Positions 1 through 10,489 of a DNA stretch of 64,000 bases are shown piece after piece. Within the stretch, counting starts at the first letter, position 1. Each line of letters starts with the position of its first letter. The notes beneath the pieces are model-generated. The model searched no databases, was not told where the DNA came from, and saw only the letters and a list, made by a program, of their open reading frames with translations. Made by a program: the position numbers and the translations under genes. The DNA comes from an uncultured Gemmatimonadales bacterium (lineage in GTDB: Bacteria > Gemmatimonadota > Gemmatimonadetes > Gemmatimonadales > GWC2-71-9): positions 27,291-91,290 of the forward strand of contig CAVSQW010000011.1 in the NCBI GenBank assembly GCA_963730185.1, given 5' to 3'.

Positions 1-1
1 G

Positions 2-1369
2 GTCCGGCCCGGAGGGATCATCGTCGGGCGCCGGGAGGAGCACGAAGGGCTGGCGCCGGTGGTGCGGGGGGTGAACGGGCTCCTCGCGGAACGCGAAGCC
101 CGCAAGCCGCTCGGTGAGCTGGCCGCGGCGCGGACCACCTTCCAGGCCGCCGGGATCAAGACCACGCTGAACCTGGAGACGGGCAAGACCTACAACCGGG
201 TCGAGGGCCTGCCGATCGTCTTTGGCCCCACGTTCACCACCCAGGCCACGGTGGACGCCAAGGTCGACGTGCGGGGCATCTTCCGGCCGGCCACCGACCG
301 GACCAAGCTCCGGGACGACATCGGCTTTGTGGTGTCGACCGAGTTCTCCGGGGGCGGCCGGGCCCGCTGGCTGACCTTCGGCGGGCGCGGCTATCGCCAG
401 ATCGTGCCGATCGAGGACCAGCCGTTGGCCCGGGGTGAGGCGGGATGGTCGGCGTTCCTGCTGCAGCGCGACTACCGCGACCACTACGAAGCTCGGGGGA
501 TCGAGGGCTTCGCCTCGGCTCGACCGGCCAAGGGTGTCGCACTCGGCTTCTCGTTCCGGGGTGACCTGGAGCGATCGGTCCCGGCCAGCGACCCGATCTC
601 GATCTTCCGGAACAGCGACACCTGGCGCCCCAACCCGCTGATCGACGACGGGCACTACCGAACGGCCCGGTTCACCCTGGACCTCGACTCGCGGAACGAC
701 CAGCGGCGGCCGGCGGCCGGGTGGCTGATCCACGCCCAGCTGGAGCACTCGACCAGCAGCGACGCCTCGCCGGTGGCACTGCCGCCGGAGGTCCGGTCGC
801 CGCTGCCGCCGGGCGGGTTGGCCTTCTCGAAGCTCTGGTTCGACGCCCGGCGTTACGCCCGGTTCAATCCGACCAGCCTGGCGAGTCTTCGGGTCGTGGG
901 CGGTGGCTGGATCGGCGGCGACCCGCTGCCGGTCCAACGCCGGGTGTCTCTGGGCGGCCCCGACATTCTGCCGGGCTTCGGGTTCCGAGACCTGAACTGC
1001 GGCCCGGCCGGCTTCGTGGATCAGGCCCGCGCCTCACTGTGCGACCGGATGCTGGCGGTGCAACTGGAGGTGCGGACCAACTTCCCCGTCAAGCTCCCGT
1101 TCCGCCTGGTCCCGCCCGACGTGGCGGTGCTCCAGCAGGTGCTGGGCATCGAACAGGCGGAGCTGGTGATCTTCGGCGACGCCGGGAAGGCCTGGCTCAC
1201 CGGCGCCGGGCCGGGCCGGGTTCCCAACAACCGGATCCCGGTGTTGGGGGAGTGGGACGCCGACGCCGGGTTCGGGATCGACACCGGCGGGCTCGGCCTC
1301 TACGTGGCCAAGGCACTCACGGCCGACCAGCCGATCCGGTTCATCATCCGGCTGCAGCAGCGATTCTGA
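2..1369 (+). CDS. BamA/TamA (Omp85)-like outer-membrane beta-barrel protein, 5'-partial
   Basis: Frame is open back to the window start; YNRVEGL motif, LGGPDILPGFGFR lid-like segment, amphipathic strands, C-terminal Phe (IRLQQRF). Confidence 0.65.
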   Translation, partial: VRPGGIIVGRREEHEGLAPVVRGVNGLLAEREARKPLGELAAARTTFQAAGIKTTLNLETGKTYNRVEGLPIVFGPTFTTQATVDAKVDVRGIFRPATDRTKLRDDIGFVVSTEFSGGGRARWLTFGGRGYRQIVPIEDQPLARGEAGWSAFLLQRDYRDHYEARGIEGFASARPAKGVALGFSFRGDLERSVPASDPISIFRNSDTWRPNPLIDDGHYRTARFTLDLDSRNDQRRPAAGWLIHAQLEHSTSSDASPVALPPEVRSPLPPGGLAFSKLWFDARRYARFNPTSLASLRVVGGGWIGGDPLPVQRRVSLGGPDILPGFGFRDLNCGPAGFVDQARASLCDRMLAVQLEVRTNFPVKLPFRLVPPDVAVLQQVLGIEQAELVIFGDAGKAWLTGAGPGRVPNNRIPVLGEWDADAGFGIDTGGLGLYVAKALTADQPIRFIIRLQQRF

Positions 1370-2043
1370 TGCGCCGCCTCCTCCTCGCCGCGCTGGGGCT
1401 GGTGGGCCTGACCGGTCGGGCCCTGGCCCAGTCGTCGGACGATCGTCCGTCGGTCAGCATCTCGTTGGCCGCACCCGACGAGCGGACGGGCGCGAGGAAG
1501 CCGATCATCTACCTCCGCCACCTGATCGCCGACGCCCGGTGGGGCCAGGCGCTCGACAACTCGCTTCCCATCGTCCTCCACAACACGCTCGAGGTGTGGC
1601 GGTCGCGGGACGGCTGGATCGACGAGCTCCTGTTCGGGACCGAGTGGCAGGTGTACGTCACCAAGGAGCCGCTGGCGGACGAGTACGACGTGACGGTGGT
1701 GACCGGGAATCGGCCCCAACGACCCCAGCGCTTCGTGCAGCGCGACTCGGCCATCGCGTATCTGGAGCGCCCCAACCTAGTCGAGGTCGTGCCCAACCGG
1801 CCGGGCCGGTTCTACTACGTGCTCACCACCCGGATCACGGCGCTCACCGACGCAGACATGGATCAGCTGGAACGGTTCCTGGCGGGCGATCCCGACCTCG
1901 ACGTGTCGGGCCGGAGCGGGACGGTGCTGGGACGCGGGATCCGGCGTCTCCTCCTCAAGATCGCCGGGTTGCCGAGCGAGGTGCTGACGGCGCGCTCGGA
2001 GCGGTTCACCGTGACGGCGCCGCCCCAGAACGACGAGCGTTAG
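1369..2043 (+). CDS. Exported hypothetical protein (DUF4390-like)
   Basis: ATG overlaps the upstream TGA (TGATG); signal peptide MRRLLLAALGLVGLTGRALAQ. The true start lies inside the listed 721..2043 ORF. Confidence 0.6.
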   Translation: MRRLLLAALGLVGLTGRALAQSSDDRPSVSISLAAPDERTGARKPIIYLRHLIADARWGQALDNSLPIVLHNTLEVWRSRDGWIDELLFGTEWQVYVTKEPLADEYDVTVVTGNRPQRPQRFVQRDSAIAYLERPNLVEVVPNRPGRFYYVLTTRITALTDADMDQLERFLAGDPDLDVSGRSGTVLGRGIRRLLLKIAGLPSEVLTARSERFTVTAPPQNDER

Positions 2044-2621
2044 CCGCCGATCGCGCGGAGCGCCGCCTCCCCGTAGAACAGACGGATGTACTTGGCCTGG
2101 ATCGTGGTGAGCCGCCGGACGGCCCACGCGAGGTGCACGAAGTGCGGCTCCAGCGGCAGGGTCGCGGGGTGCATCCCGCACTCGTCAGGCAGGTGGTTAC
2201 CCTTTCGAGTGTTACAGGTGCTGCAGGCGGTGACGACGTTGTTCCATTCGTTGCCCCCGCCCCGGGAGATCGGGACCAGGTGATCGCGGGTCAGGCATTC
2301 CCGGTGGCGGAGCTCGAATTGGCGGCGGAGGCAATACTGGCAGGTGTATTCGTCGCGGGCGAACAGGAACGTGTTCGTTACCTGTCGTCTGAATTTTCGA
2401 GGCACGTGGACGAACCGGACCAGCCGGATGATGGCCGGTTTGGGAAGCGCGACCCGGGCGCTCCGGACCTGCTCACTGCCATCGGCTTCGACGATCTCGG
2501 CCTTACCGTCGATCACCAGCCGAAGGGCCCGACGGAGCGGGACCATCGTGAGCGGTTCGAACGAAGCATTGAGCGCGAGGCACCGCACGGCCCGTCTCCC
2601 GAGTCGAAAGGGACTCATCAT
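2040..2621 (-). CDS. HNH endonuclease (McrA/HNH_5-type)
   Basis: LALNASFEPL N-terminus; RDEYTCQYC...LTRDHLVPISRGG...WNNVVTACSTCNTRKGN. Start may be somewhat downstream. Confidence 0.9.
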   Translation of the reverse strand: MMSPFRLGRRAVRCLALNASFEPLTMVPLRRALRLVIDGKAEIVEADGSEQVRSARVALPKPAIIRLVRFVHVPRKFRRQVTNTFLFARDEYTCQYCLRRQFELRHRECLTRDHLVPISRGGGNEWNNVVTACSTCNTRKGNHLPDECGMHPATLPLEPHFVHLAWAVRRLTTIQAKYIRLFYGEAALRAIGG

Positions 2622-2645
2622 TCTAGAGGCGGCCCGGGATCGGAA

Positions 2646-3960
2646 TCAAGCCGGGCGACCCCGCCGGTACACGACCCGGCCCGAGGCGACGGTGAGCAGG
2701 ACCCGGTCGGGGGAGGCCCCGAGGGCCGCTTCCTCCGGGTCGCCGTCTCCGCGCGGAACGTCCAAGCCGATCAGATCGGCGTGGAACCCCGACGCCAGCC
2801 GGCCGACCTCGCCCCGGAGATCGAGCGCGGCGGCGGCCTCGTTGGTGGCCAGCGCCAGGGTGGTGCGGGCATCGAGCCCGGCCAGCTCCCGGGCCGCCCG
2901 GAGCTCGCCGAAGAGGTCGAGCGAGCCCACGCTGAGCACCGAATCGGTCCCGACCCCAAGCCGGACCCCGGCATCGAGCAGCTCCCGGAGGGGGGCCTGC
3001 CGGTGGCCGTGGCGCCGATTGGAGAGCGGGCAGTGGGCCACGGCCACCCGCCGGTCGGCCAGGACCCTGATGTCCGTCTGGTCCAGCTCGACGGTGTGGA
3101 TGCAGAGGGTCCGGGGCCCGAGGATCCCATGGCGCGTCGAGCCAGGCCACGGGCGAGCGGAGGGCATTCGGGCCGACGCCGGGGCCACGCTGCTGGGCCA
3201 GGGGCGGGATACCCCGCGCCTCCCAGGCCGCCGCGAAGGGGCCCGCATTCCGGGTTACGAATTCCCACTCCGCGGTCGATTCGGCCAAGTGGACCGCCAG
3301 CGGGCGGTCGATCAGATCGGAGAGCTCGCGGACCACCCGGTAGAGCGGTCCGCTCACGGTGTAGGGCGCGTGGGGCGAGAGTCCGAGCCGGACCCGAGGG
3401 GTCTCGAGCGGGAGCAGCTCGTCGATCCGCTTTCGGAGCGCCACCAGGCTCTCCTGGCGCTGGGACGGGTGAGGACCGAACACCTCCTGATAGACGATTC
3501 CCGACCCACCCGCCTCGACCAGGGCCCCGAGGACGGCCCCCGAATCGCCGGTGTCGGCGACGGTCGTGATCCCGGCCGCGAAGGCGTCCCGCACCCCTCG
3601 GCGGGCCGCCTCCCTGAACCAGTCCGGGGCCTGATCGGCCTTGGCCGCCCGGAGGGTCCGGATCCACCGGGGGAAATCGTCGGGGGGGGCGTCGCTCGCC
3701 AGGCCGGTCAGCTCGAGATGGGTGTGGAGGTTGACCAGCCCGGGCATCAAGAGACCCGGAACCGCCTCCCGGGCCACCCCCTCGAGGGACGCGAAGTCGG
3801 CCACCGGCCCCACGCCTTCGATCCGTCCCTCCGCGCCCACCAGCACGGCGCCATCGGTCAACGGTGGGCCCGCCATGGTAACGACCACGGGGGCGGTATA
3901 GAGGGTGGGACGAGCGGACGATCGGTCGGGCGGGTGGACGGGGGTTCGGGAACGGGTCTC
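2646..3960 (-). pseudogene. Metal-dependent amidohydrolase (MtaD/aminodeoxyfutalosine deaminase-like), frameshifted near 3133
   Basis: PGLVNLHTHLE, SPHAPYT and HLAES lie in one frame; HGILGPRTLCIH, HCPLSN, GTDS and G+LASGFHADL in another. One extra base at GAC-GCG-C-CAT. Start uncertain. Confidence 0.8.
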
Positions 3961-3962
3961 CG

Positions 3963-6101
3963 TCAGGGGGTCGCTCCGGTCGCGGGTTGAGGCCGGGTAT
4001 GGAACGGGCAGCGCCGGGTCGGTTCCGTTCCGGGATAGTAGTACTCGATCCCGAGCTTGTCCTTGGGACAGAACGGCGTGGGCAGATAGCCGGTCGACTG
4101 GTCGATCTCGTAGGCGAGGATGCCGTCGGGCATCGCCCATGGGGCGGGTGCCTTTCGGCGCTCGTAGATCTCGTTCATCATCGTGGCCCAGGCCGGGGCG
4201 GCCAGGAGCCCGCCCTGGGCGTTGCTCTTGATCACCTGCTTCTTGTCGAACCCCATCCAGACCCCGGCCACCAGGTCGGGGGTGAAGCCCACGAACCAGA
4301 CGTCCATGCCGTCGTTGGTCGTCCCGGTCTTGCCCGCGGCCGGGAGACCGAATCCCCCACGCGACACAATCGATCCATGCGCGGTTCCCCGCCGGACCAC
4401 GTCGCGCAGCCCGTCGAGGAGGAGCCAGGCATGTTCGGGGTCGATCACCCGTGACGACCGGATCTCGGGCTGCCAGACGATGTTGCCGTCCCGATCCTCG
4501 ACCCGGACGATCGCGTTGGGGCGCACCCGGACGCCGAGATTGGCGAACGTCCCGAAGGCGCTGGTCAGCTCCAGCGGGGTGACCTCGGCCGCGCCGATGA
4601 AGATCGATGGTACCCTGGGAATCTTGGTCGCGATGCCGTCGGCCGCCGCTTCACTGATCACGGCGTCGACCCCGACGTCGAGGCCGACCCGGACCGCGAC
4701 GGTATTCCGCGAGTCGTAGAGCCCTTCTCGCATGCTGAGCGGGCCCCGGTACTTGTTGTCGTAGTTCTTGGGGCTCCAGTCGGGCTGATCCTCCACCGGC
4801 ACGAAGACCGGGGCGTCATCGTACATCTGGCTCAGCGGGATCCCGGCCCGGATGGCGGCGGAGTAGACGAAGGGCTTGAAGGTGGAGCCGGCCTGCCGGA
4901 ACGCCTGGGTGGCCCGGTTGAACTTCGAATCCTCGAAATCGCGGCCCCCGACCAGGGCTCGGACGTAGCCGGTCTCGGGTTCGATCACCACCACCGCCCC
5001 CTGGAGGTAAGGGGAGAAGGGTCCGGTGTCGTCATCGGTCTCGTCACCGCCGTGGGCGTCGAGGTACTGCTGATACGTCTGGCGGTGGTAGGGACCGAAC
5101 TTGCCGTCCTCGATCGCGTCGAGCTGGGTTTGGAGGGCGCGCTCGGCCGCCTGCTGCATGTCGAGGTCGAGCGCGGTGTAGATCCGGAGGCCGGCCGTGT
5201 AGAGCTCCATCCCGAACCGGGCTTCGAGGATCTGCCGGACGTTCTCGACGTAGTAGTCCGCCATCCCAGCGTAGTCGGAGCGGGACGACAGGGCCAACGG
5301 GTAGGCCTTCCACGCCTCGGAGGACTCGCGGGAGAGCTTGCCGGTCTCCCGGAGCAGGCCGATCACCAGGTTCCGCCGCATCACGGCGAGATCCGGGTTA
5401 CGGCGGGGGTTGTAGCGGCTGGGCGCTTTGGGAAGCGCCGCCAGCATGGCCGCCTCGGCCACGTTCAGCTGACGGGCCGACTTGCCGAAATAGCGTTGGG
5501 CGGCCGCCTCCACCCCGAAGGCCCGGTTCCCGAGGTCGATCTGGTTGAGGTAGAGCTCGAGGATCTTGTCTTTGGGGTAGTTCCGCTCGATCTCCACGGC
5601 CATCCGCGCTTCGCGGAGCTTCCGGGTGATCCCGGCAAAGCCCCGCCGCTGACGGCGGTCGATCTGCTCGGGCCAGAGGTTGCCGGCCAGCTGCATGGTG
5701 ACAGTGGAGAAGCCGGTGACCCGGTGGCCGGTGAGGATGGCCTTGACCGAGCCGAAGAAGCGGATCCAGTCGATCCCATGATGCTCGTAGAACCGTCGGT
5801 CTTCCGTGCTCAAGAAGGCGGCGATCACCGCGGGGGACATCTGTTTCAGGGGGACCACGGTCCGCCGCTCGAGCCCCAGGTCGGTGACCAGTCGCCCGTC
5901 CGCCGCGTACACCTTGGAGGCCTGGTCGGGATCGTAGGAATCGAGACTCGCGATCGAGGGACAGGCGCCGACCGGCCGGCAGACGTTGAACCAGGCCCCG
6001 ACCAGGAGCGCGGCGCCGAACACCCCAAGGGCGCCGATCGTGAGGAGGACCCGAAAACGGATGGTGGGGGACCGCCACCACTTGAAGAGCGAAACGGCCA
6101 T
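3963..6101 (-). CDS. mrcA: Class A penicillin-binding protein (PBP1A family, transglycosylase + transpeptidase)
   Basis: N-terminal TM; EDRRFYEHHG, STVTMQL, RKLRE, KDKILELYLN; SxxK (STFK), SRN, KTGT. Confidence 0.93.
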   Translation of the reverse strand: MAVSLFKWWRSPTIRFRVLLTIGALGVFGAALLVGAWFNVCRPVGACPSIASLDSYDPDQASKVYAADGRLVTDLGLERRTVVPLKQMSPAVIAAFLSTEDRRFYEHHGIDWIRFFGSVKAILTGHRVTGFSTVTMQLAGNLWPEQIDRRQRRGFAGITRKLREARMAVEIERNYPKDKILELYLNQIDLGNRAFGVEAAAQRYFGKSARQLNVAEAAMLAALPKAPSRYNPRRNPDLAVMRRNLVIGLLRETGKLSRESSEAWKAYPLALSSRSDYAGMADYYVENVRQILEARFGMELYTAGLRIYTALDLDMQQAAERALQTQLDAIEDGKFGPYHRQTYQQYLDAHGGDETDDDTGPFSPYLQGAVVVIEPETGYVRALVGGRDFEDSKFNRATQAFRQAGSTFKPFVYSAAIRAGIPLSQMYDDAPVFVPVEDQPDWSPKNYDNKYRGPLSMREGLYDSRNTVAVRVGLDVGVDAVISEAAADGIATKIPRVPSIFIGAAEVTPLELTSAFGTFANLGVRVRPNAIVRVEDRDGNIVWQPEIRSSRVIDPEHAWLLLDGLRDVVRRGTAHGSIVSRGGFGLPAAGKTGTTNDGMDVWFVGFTPDLVAGVWMGFDKKQVIKSNAQGGLLAAPAWATMMNEIYERRKAPAPWAMPDGILAYEIDQSTGYLPTPFCPKDKLGIEYYYPGTEPTRRCPFHTRPQPATGATP

Positions 6102-6121
6102 GACGTAAACATAAGGGATTC

Positions 6122-6292
6122 GGGAGTTGTGAGTAGGGAATAGGGAGGGAGTAGAGAGTGGGCACTAGGGCGGGAGGAAAGGGGGATTGGGATGGGGCGG
6201 ATCGACGAGCGCCCTAGTGGCCCCGACTCACAACCACCTATTCCCTCCCCAGTCACTACTGACGACCCCCTCGTCCCTACTGTCGGCTCCCT
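6122..6292. repeat. Degenerate G-rich/C-rich ~7-bp tandem repeats in inverted arrangement (pbp1A-tyrS divergent intergenic region)
   Basis: GGGAGTT/GTGAGTA/GGGAATA-type units followed by complementary units such as GACTCACAACC and CTATTCCCT; motifs shared with 7570-7710. Confidence 0.65.
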
Positions 6293-6312
6293 CGTGACGA
6301 TATTCTTTCCTC

Positions 6313-7623
6313 ATGTCGACACTCCTGACTGAACTCGGTGCCCGGGGGCTCCTCCACGACGCCACGCCCGGCCTGGCCGACCGGCTCGCGCAGGGGCCGA
6401 TCACGGGATACGTCGGATTCGACCCGACGGCGGACTCGTTGCACGTCGGCAGCCTGGTGCCGGTCATGGCGCTGGTCTGGCTTCAGCGGACCGGCGGCCG
6501 TCCGATCGCGCTGGTCGGGGGCGGCACTGGGCTGGTCGGCGATCCGAGCGGCAAGCGGAGCGAGCGGCCGATGCTCACCCCGGAGCAGGTGGAGGCGAAC
6601 GTCGCCGGCATCCGGATGCAGCTGGAGCGCTTCCTCGACTTCGACGGCCCCCGGGGCGCCCGGCTCCTCAACAACCTGGCGTGGCTGGGCGAGCTCCGGC
6701 TGCTCGACTTCCTCCGCGACGTCGGGAAGCACTTCACCGTGAACTACATGCTGCAGAAGGACTCGGTGAAGAGCCGGCTCGAGGCCGGGATCTCCTTCAC
6801 CGAGTTCTCCTACATGCTGGTCCAGGCGTACGACTTCGCCCACCTGCACCGGACCGCCGGCTGCGAGATCCAGATGGGTGGGAGCGACCAGTGGGGCAAC
6901 ATCACGGCCGGAATCGAGCTGATCGGCCGGCGGACCGGTGCCGTGGCGCACGGCCTGGTAATGCCCCTCCTGACCCAGGCCAGCGGCGCCAAGTTCGGAA
7001 AGAGCGAGGAGGGCAACGTCTGGCTCGACCCGGCCCGGACCTCGCCCTACAAGTTCTATCAATTCTGGCTGAACTCGGCCGATGCCGACGTGGACCGGCT
7101 CCTCAAGACCTTCACCGTCCGCCCGGTCGACGAGCTCGCCGCGCTGATGGCCGAGCAGACCAAGAACCCGGCGCTCCGAACGGCGCAGCGCGAGCTGGCC
7201 CGGGACGTGACGGTCCGGGTCCACGGCGAGGACACCACGGCCAGGGTCATCGCCGCCAGCCAGGTGCTCTTCGGCGGCGCCGACCTCCGGGCCGTCGACC
7301 CCGAGACGTTCGCCCTGGTGGCGGGCGAGGTGACGACGGTCGCGGTCGCCGCGGACCGGCTCGACGCCGGGGTCAACGTGGTGGACGCGCTGCTGGAGAC
7401 CGGGCTCGTCTCGTCCAAGGCCGACGCTCGTCGAGGCATTCAAGGTGGCGGATTCTCGGTCAACGGTCAGAAAGTGACCGGGACCGACATCACGGTGACG
7501 AGGTCGGACCTGCTCGCAGGCCGCTACGTCGCGCTCCAGAAGGGGCGGAGAAACTTCGCCATGATGGTGGTGAGTGGTGAGTCGGGAGTCGTGACTAGGG
7601 AGGGAGTTGTGACTCGGGAGTAG
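6313..7623 (+). CDS. tyrS: Tyrosine--tRNA ligase
   Basis: [15 protein letters not shown] (HIGH-like), [23 protein letters not shown]-terminal S4-like domain. Confidence 0.98.
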   Translation: MSTLLTELGARGLLHDATPGLADRLAQGPITGYVGFDPTADSLHVGSLVPVMALVWLQRTGGRPIALVGGGTGLVGDPSGKRSERPMLTPEQVEANVAGIRMQLERFLDFDGPRGARLLNNLAWLGELRLLDFLRDVGKHFTVNYMLQKDSVKSRLEAGISFTEFSYMLVQAYDFAHLHRTAGCEIQMGGSDQWGNITAGIELIGRRTGAVAHGLVMPLLTQASGAKFGKSEEGNVWLDPARTSPYKFYQFWLNSADADVDRLLKTFTVRPVDELAALMAEQTKNPALRTAQRELARDVTVRVHGEDTTARVIAASQVLFGGADLRAVDPETFALVAGEVTTVAVAADRLDAGVNVVDALLETGLVSSKADARRGIQGGGFSVNGQKVTGTDITVTRSDLLAGRYVALQKGRRNFAMMVVSGESGVVTREGVVTRE

Positions 7624-7710
7624 GGCGGGAGTTGTGATCAGGGACTAGCTGCGACTCACGAGCCACCACTCACTCCCTGCTCACAACTCCCAAGTCACAA
7701 CTCACAACCT
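7570..7710. repeat. Degenerate heptamer repeats forming an inverted pair at the tyrS 3' end
   Basis: GGGAGTTGTGA at 7602 and 7627, reverse complement TCACAACTCCC at 7681; units GTGAGTG/GTGAGTC/GGGAGTC/GTGACTA. Confidence 0.7.
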
Positions 7711-9281
7711 CACCATCGGCTCCGTCGGGTCCCGCGCGAGGCCTTGCCGGTCAGGGCGCCCATCGCGGTCCGGGCCAACTGGCTGCCGAGCGTTCGCACG
7801 ACGGTCGTGGCGAAGGCGCCGAGGAGGCCGCCGAGGGCGAGCTTGCCGGCGGTTCCGGACCCGCGCTTGGCCGCCGGGGCCCGCTCCGTGAACGGCCCCC
7901 GCGGCTGAGGGGCCGGTGCCGGCGGGGCGGGCGCGCTCGCTGCCAGCCGACGGGCCAGCATCTCGAAGGCGCTGTCCCGGTTCACCGCAGTGCCGTATTC
8001 CCTGACCAGATCCGACTCGGCCAGCTCCTTCTGCATCTCGTCCGGCGTGAGCGGCGCCATCCGCGAGGTCGGCGGCACCAGGCGGGCGGCCACCACCGGC
8101 GTCGGAACGCCGCGCGGGTCGAGCCCTGTCACCACGGCTTCGCCGATGCCTAGCGACGTGAGCGTCTCCTCCAGATCGTAGTACTCGGTCTTCGGGAAGG
8201 TCCGGACGGTGGCTTTGAGGGCGGCATCGTCGTCGGGGGTGTGGGCCCGGAGGGCGTGCTGGACCCGGTTCCCGAGCTGGGCCAGGACCGCGTCGGGAAC
8301 GTCCTTCGGGGTCTGGGTCACGAAGAACACCCCCACGCCCTTGGAGCGGATCAGGCGGACCACCAGCTCCACCTGTTCCAGGAAGGCCTTGGACGCGCCC
8401 CGAAAGAGCAGGTGGGCCTCGTCGAAGAAGAACACCAGCTTCGGCTTCGCCAGGTCGCCCGCCTCGGGCAGGTTGGCGTAGAGCTCCGCCAGCATCCACA
8501 TCATGAAGGTGGAGAACAGGGCGGGCTTGTTCTGGCAGTCGGCCAGCTCGAGACAGGTGACCACCCCGCGCCCGTCGGGCGTCACGTGGAGCAGGTCGCG
8601 GATGTCGAACTCCGGCTCGCCGAAGAACTGCTTGGCGCCCTGGGTTTCGAGCTCGACCATCTCCCGGAGAAGGACGCCGACGGTGGCCGGCGACATTCCG
8701 CCGTACTCCTTGAGGAGCGCCTTGCCGTCGTCGCCGGCGAGGTACTTGAGCACGGCCCGGAGATCGTCGAAGTCGAGCAGCGGCAGCCCTTGGTCGTCGC
8801 AGATCTTGAAGACCATGGTCAGGACGCTGGCCTGGGTCTCGTTGAGATCGAGCACCTTGCCGAGGAGGAGCGGCCCGAACGACGTCACGGTGGCCCGGAG
8901 CTGCACCCCGTTCGTTCCGGTCAGACTCACGAACTCGACCGGGGCGGCCCGGGGCTCCCAGGGCGTCCCGACATCGGCCAGCCGCTGGTCGAGCTTGGGG
9001 CTCCGGACGCCCGCGGCGGCCAGCCCGGAGAGGTCGCCCTTCATGTCGGCGACGAAGACCGGCACGCCTTGAGCGGAGAGCTGGTCGGTCAAGAGCTGGA
9101 GGGTCTTGGTCTTGCCGGTCCCGGTGGCCCCGGCGATCAGGCCGTGCCGGTTCAGCATGGCCAGGGGCCACACGATCTTGGGCTCGGGGACCACGCGGGC
9201 CTGATCCAGGGCGGCACCGAGGGTCACCACCGGAGGCGCGAAGCCGTATCCCGCCTTCACCGCGTCGTCGAGCGTCGTCAT
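7710..9281 (-). CDS. DUF853 / HerA-like ATPase (YjgR family)
   Basis: NRHGLIAGATGTGKTKTLQ, PEAGDLAKPKLVFFFDEAHLLF, VRLIRSKGVGVFFVTQ, QLGNRVQHALRA. Confidence 0.92.
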   Translation of the reverse strand: MTTLDDAVKAGYGFAPPVVTLGAALDQARVVPEPKIVWPLAMLNRHGLIAGATGTGKTKTLQLLTDQLSAQGVPVFVADMKGDLSGLAAAGVRSPKLDQRLADVGTPWEPRAAPVEFVSLTGTNGVQLRATVTSFGPLLLGKVLDLNETQASVLTMVFKICDDQGLPLLDFDDLRAVLKYLAGDDGKALLKEYGGMSPATVGVLLREMVELETQGAKQFFGEPEFDIRDLLHVTPDGRGVVTCLELADCQNKPALFSTFMMWMLAELYANLPEAGDLAKPKLVFFFDEAHLLFRGASKAFLEQVELVVRLIRSKGVGVFFVTQTPKDVPDAVLAQLGNRVQHALRAHTPDDDAALKATVRTFPKTEYYDLEETLTSLGIGEAVVTGLDPRGVPTPVVAARLVPPTSRMAPLTPDEMQKELAESDLVREYGTAVNRDSAFEMLARRLAASAPAPPAPAPQPRGPFTERAPAAKRGSGTAGKLALGGLLGAFATTVVRTLGSQLARTAMGALTGKASRGTRRSRW

Positions 9282-10450
9282 CTGATCCTCTGGGACGCCG
9301 GGCCGGCCAGCACCCGGTCGATGATATCGGTCACCCGCTGCATCTCGTCCGCGGTATTATAGCAATGCGGCGAGAGCCGGATGCCGCCCTCCCGGAGACT
9401 CGCCACCACGCCAGCCTCGGCCAACGCGTGGTGCACCCGGGCCGCATCCGGCGGCACCAGGCAGACCATCCCGGGCGCCCGTGACGAGGCCGGCGCGGCC
9501 AGGGCGATGCCCCGGCGGTCGGCCCACGAGAGGACGGGCTCGGTGATCGTCACCAGGTGGCGCTCGATCTCGGCGGGCCCCAGCTCGAGCAGGAGCCCCG
9601 CGGCCTCGTTGAAGCCCACGAAGTCCTGGACCGGCAGGGTGATCATCTCGAACCGGCGGGCGTCCTCGTGCCAGGCGCGGGGATAATCGGTGAGCCGAGA
9701 GAAGTCCTCGGTGCCGGCGAAGGCCATCCACCCGGCGAAGGGCGGCTCCAGGGAGCGCACCAGATCGGGCCGCACCCAGGCGAAGCCGGTTCCCCAGGGC
9801 GAGAGCAGCCACTTCTGCGCCCCGGCCGACACGACCGCGGCCGGGGTCCGCCGCACGTCGAACGGCCGCTGGCCGAGGCTCTGGATGGCGTCCACCACCA
9901 GGAAGGTCCCGGTCGCGTCAGCCCGGCCGGCGAGCCGTTCGAGGTCCACCGCGTAGCCCGACTGGAACTGGACCGAGGAGACGGTCACCACCCGGACCCG
10001 CGGGTCGCCCATCCGCTCCAGCAGGCGAGGCTCGTCGGGCCAGCCCTCGGGCGTGCGGGGAAGCAGCTCGAATCGAATTCCCCGGCGCTCCAGGGCCCGC
10101 CAGGGCACCACGTTGGCCGGGAACTCCCCGTGGCTCGCGACCACGACGTCCCCGGGGTCGAGCGGGAGCATCAGCGCCGCGAGGTTCAAGCCGTAGCTGG
10201 TATTGGTGGCCAGGGCGATCTCGGACGGCTGGCCGCCGACCAGGCGGGCGGCCGTCTCCCGGGCCCGGGCCAGGATCGCCTGGAGCCGGGCGTCGGAGAT
10301 GGCACACCCCTCGGCCCGCTCCCGGTTGAAGGCCTCGACCGCCCGGCGGGCCCGTTCGGGCAGGGGGCCTGTGCTGGCGTGGTTGAGAAAGATCCGGCGA
10401 TCGGCCCAGGGGAACTCGTCCCGGCGGAGGGCGGCGACATCGTAGCTCAT
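9278..10450 (-). CDS. Class V PLP-dependent aminotransferase / desulfurase-like enzyme
   Basis: Start MSYDVAALRRDEFPW; FLNHASTGP, VDAIQSLG, AQKWLLSPWGTG, IRLSPHCYN. Lacks the SufS RxGHHCA motif. Confidence 0.88.
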   Translation of the reverse strand: MSYDVAALRRDEFPWADRRIFLNHASTGPLPERARRAVEAFNRERAEGCAISDARLQAILARARETAARLVGGQPSEIALATNTSYGLNLAALMLPLDPGDVVVASHGEFPANVVPWRALERRGIRFELLPRTPEGWPDEPRLLERMGDPRVRVVTVSSVQFQSGYAVDLERLAGRADATGTFLVVDAIQSLGQRPFDVRRTPAAVVSAGAQKWLLSPWGTGFAWVRPDLVRSLEPPFAGWMAFAGTEDFSRLTDYPRAWHEDARRFEMITLPVQDFVGFNEAAGLLLELGPAEIERHLVTITEPVLSWADRRGIALAAPASSRAPGMVCLVPPDAARVHHALAEAGVVASLREGGIRLSPHCYNTADEMQRVTDIIDRVLAGPASQRIR

Positions 10451-10489
10451 GCTGGTGACCTTCTCCCCGCCTGCCGATAACTTTCGATC

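Noticed and set aside
6200..6312. T-box riboswitch upstream of tyrS
   Set aside because: No T-box consensus (GGTGGNACCGCG) or terminator; the space is occupied by heptamer repeats.
6122..7710. CRISPR array or IS ends around tyrS
   Set aside because: Repeats are short and degenerate with no unique spacers; no cas or transposase gene is present.
2040..10450. Anti-phage defence system from HNH + HerA-like ATPase (+ patatin as a CBASS effector)
   Set aside because: The genes are separated by housekeeping genes and belong to widespread standalone families; no cyclase, Sir2 or NurA partner is present.
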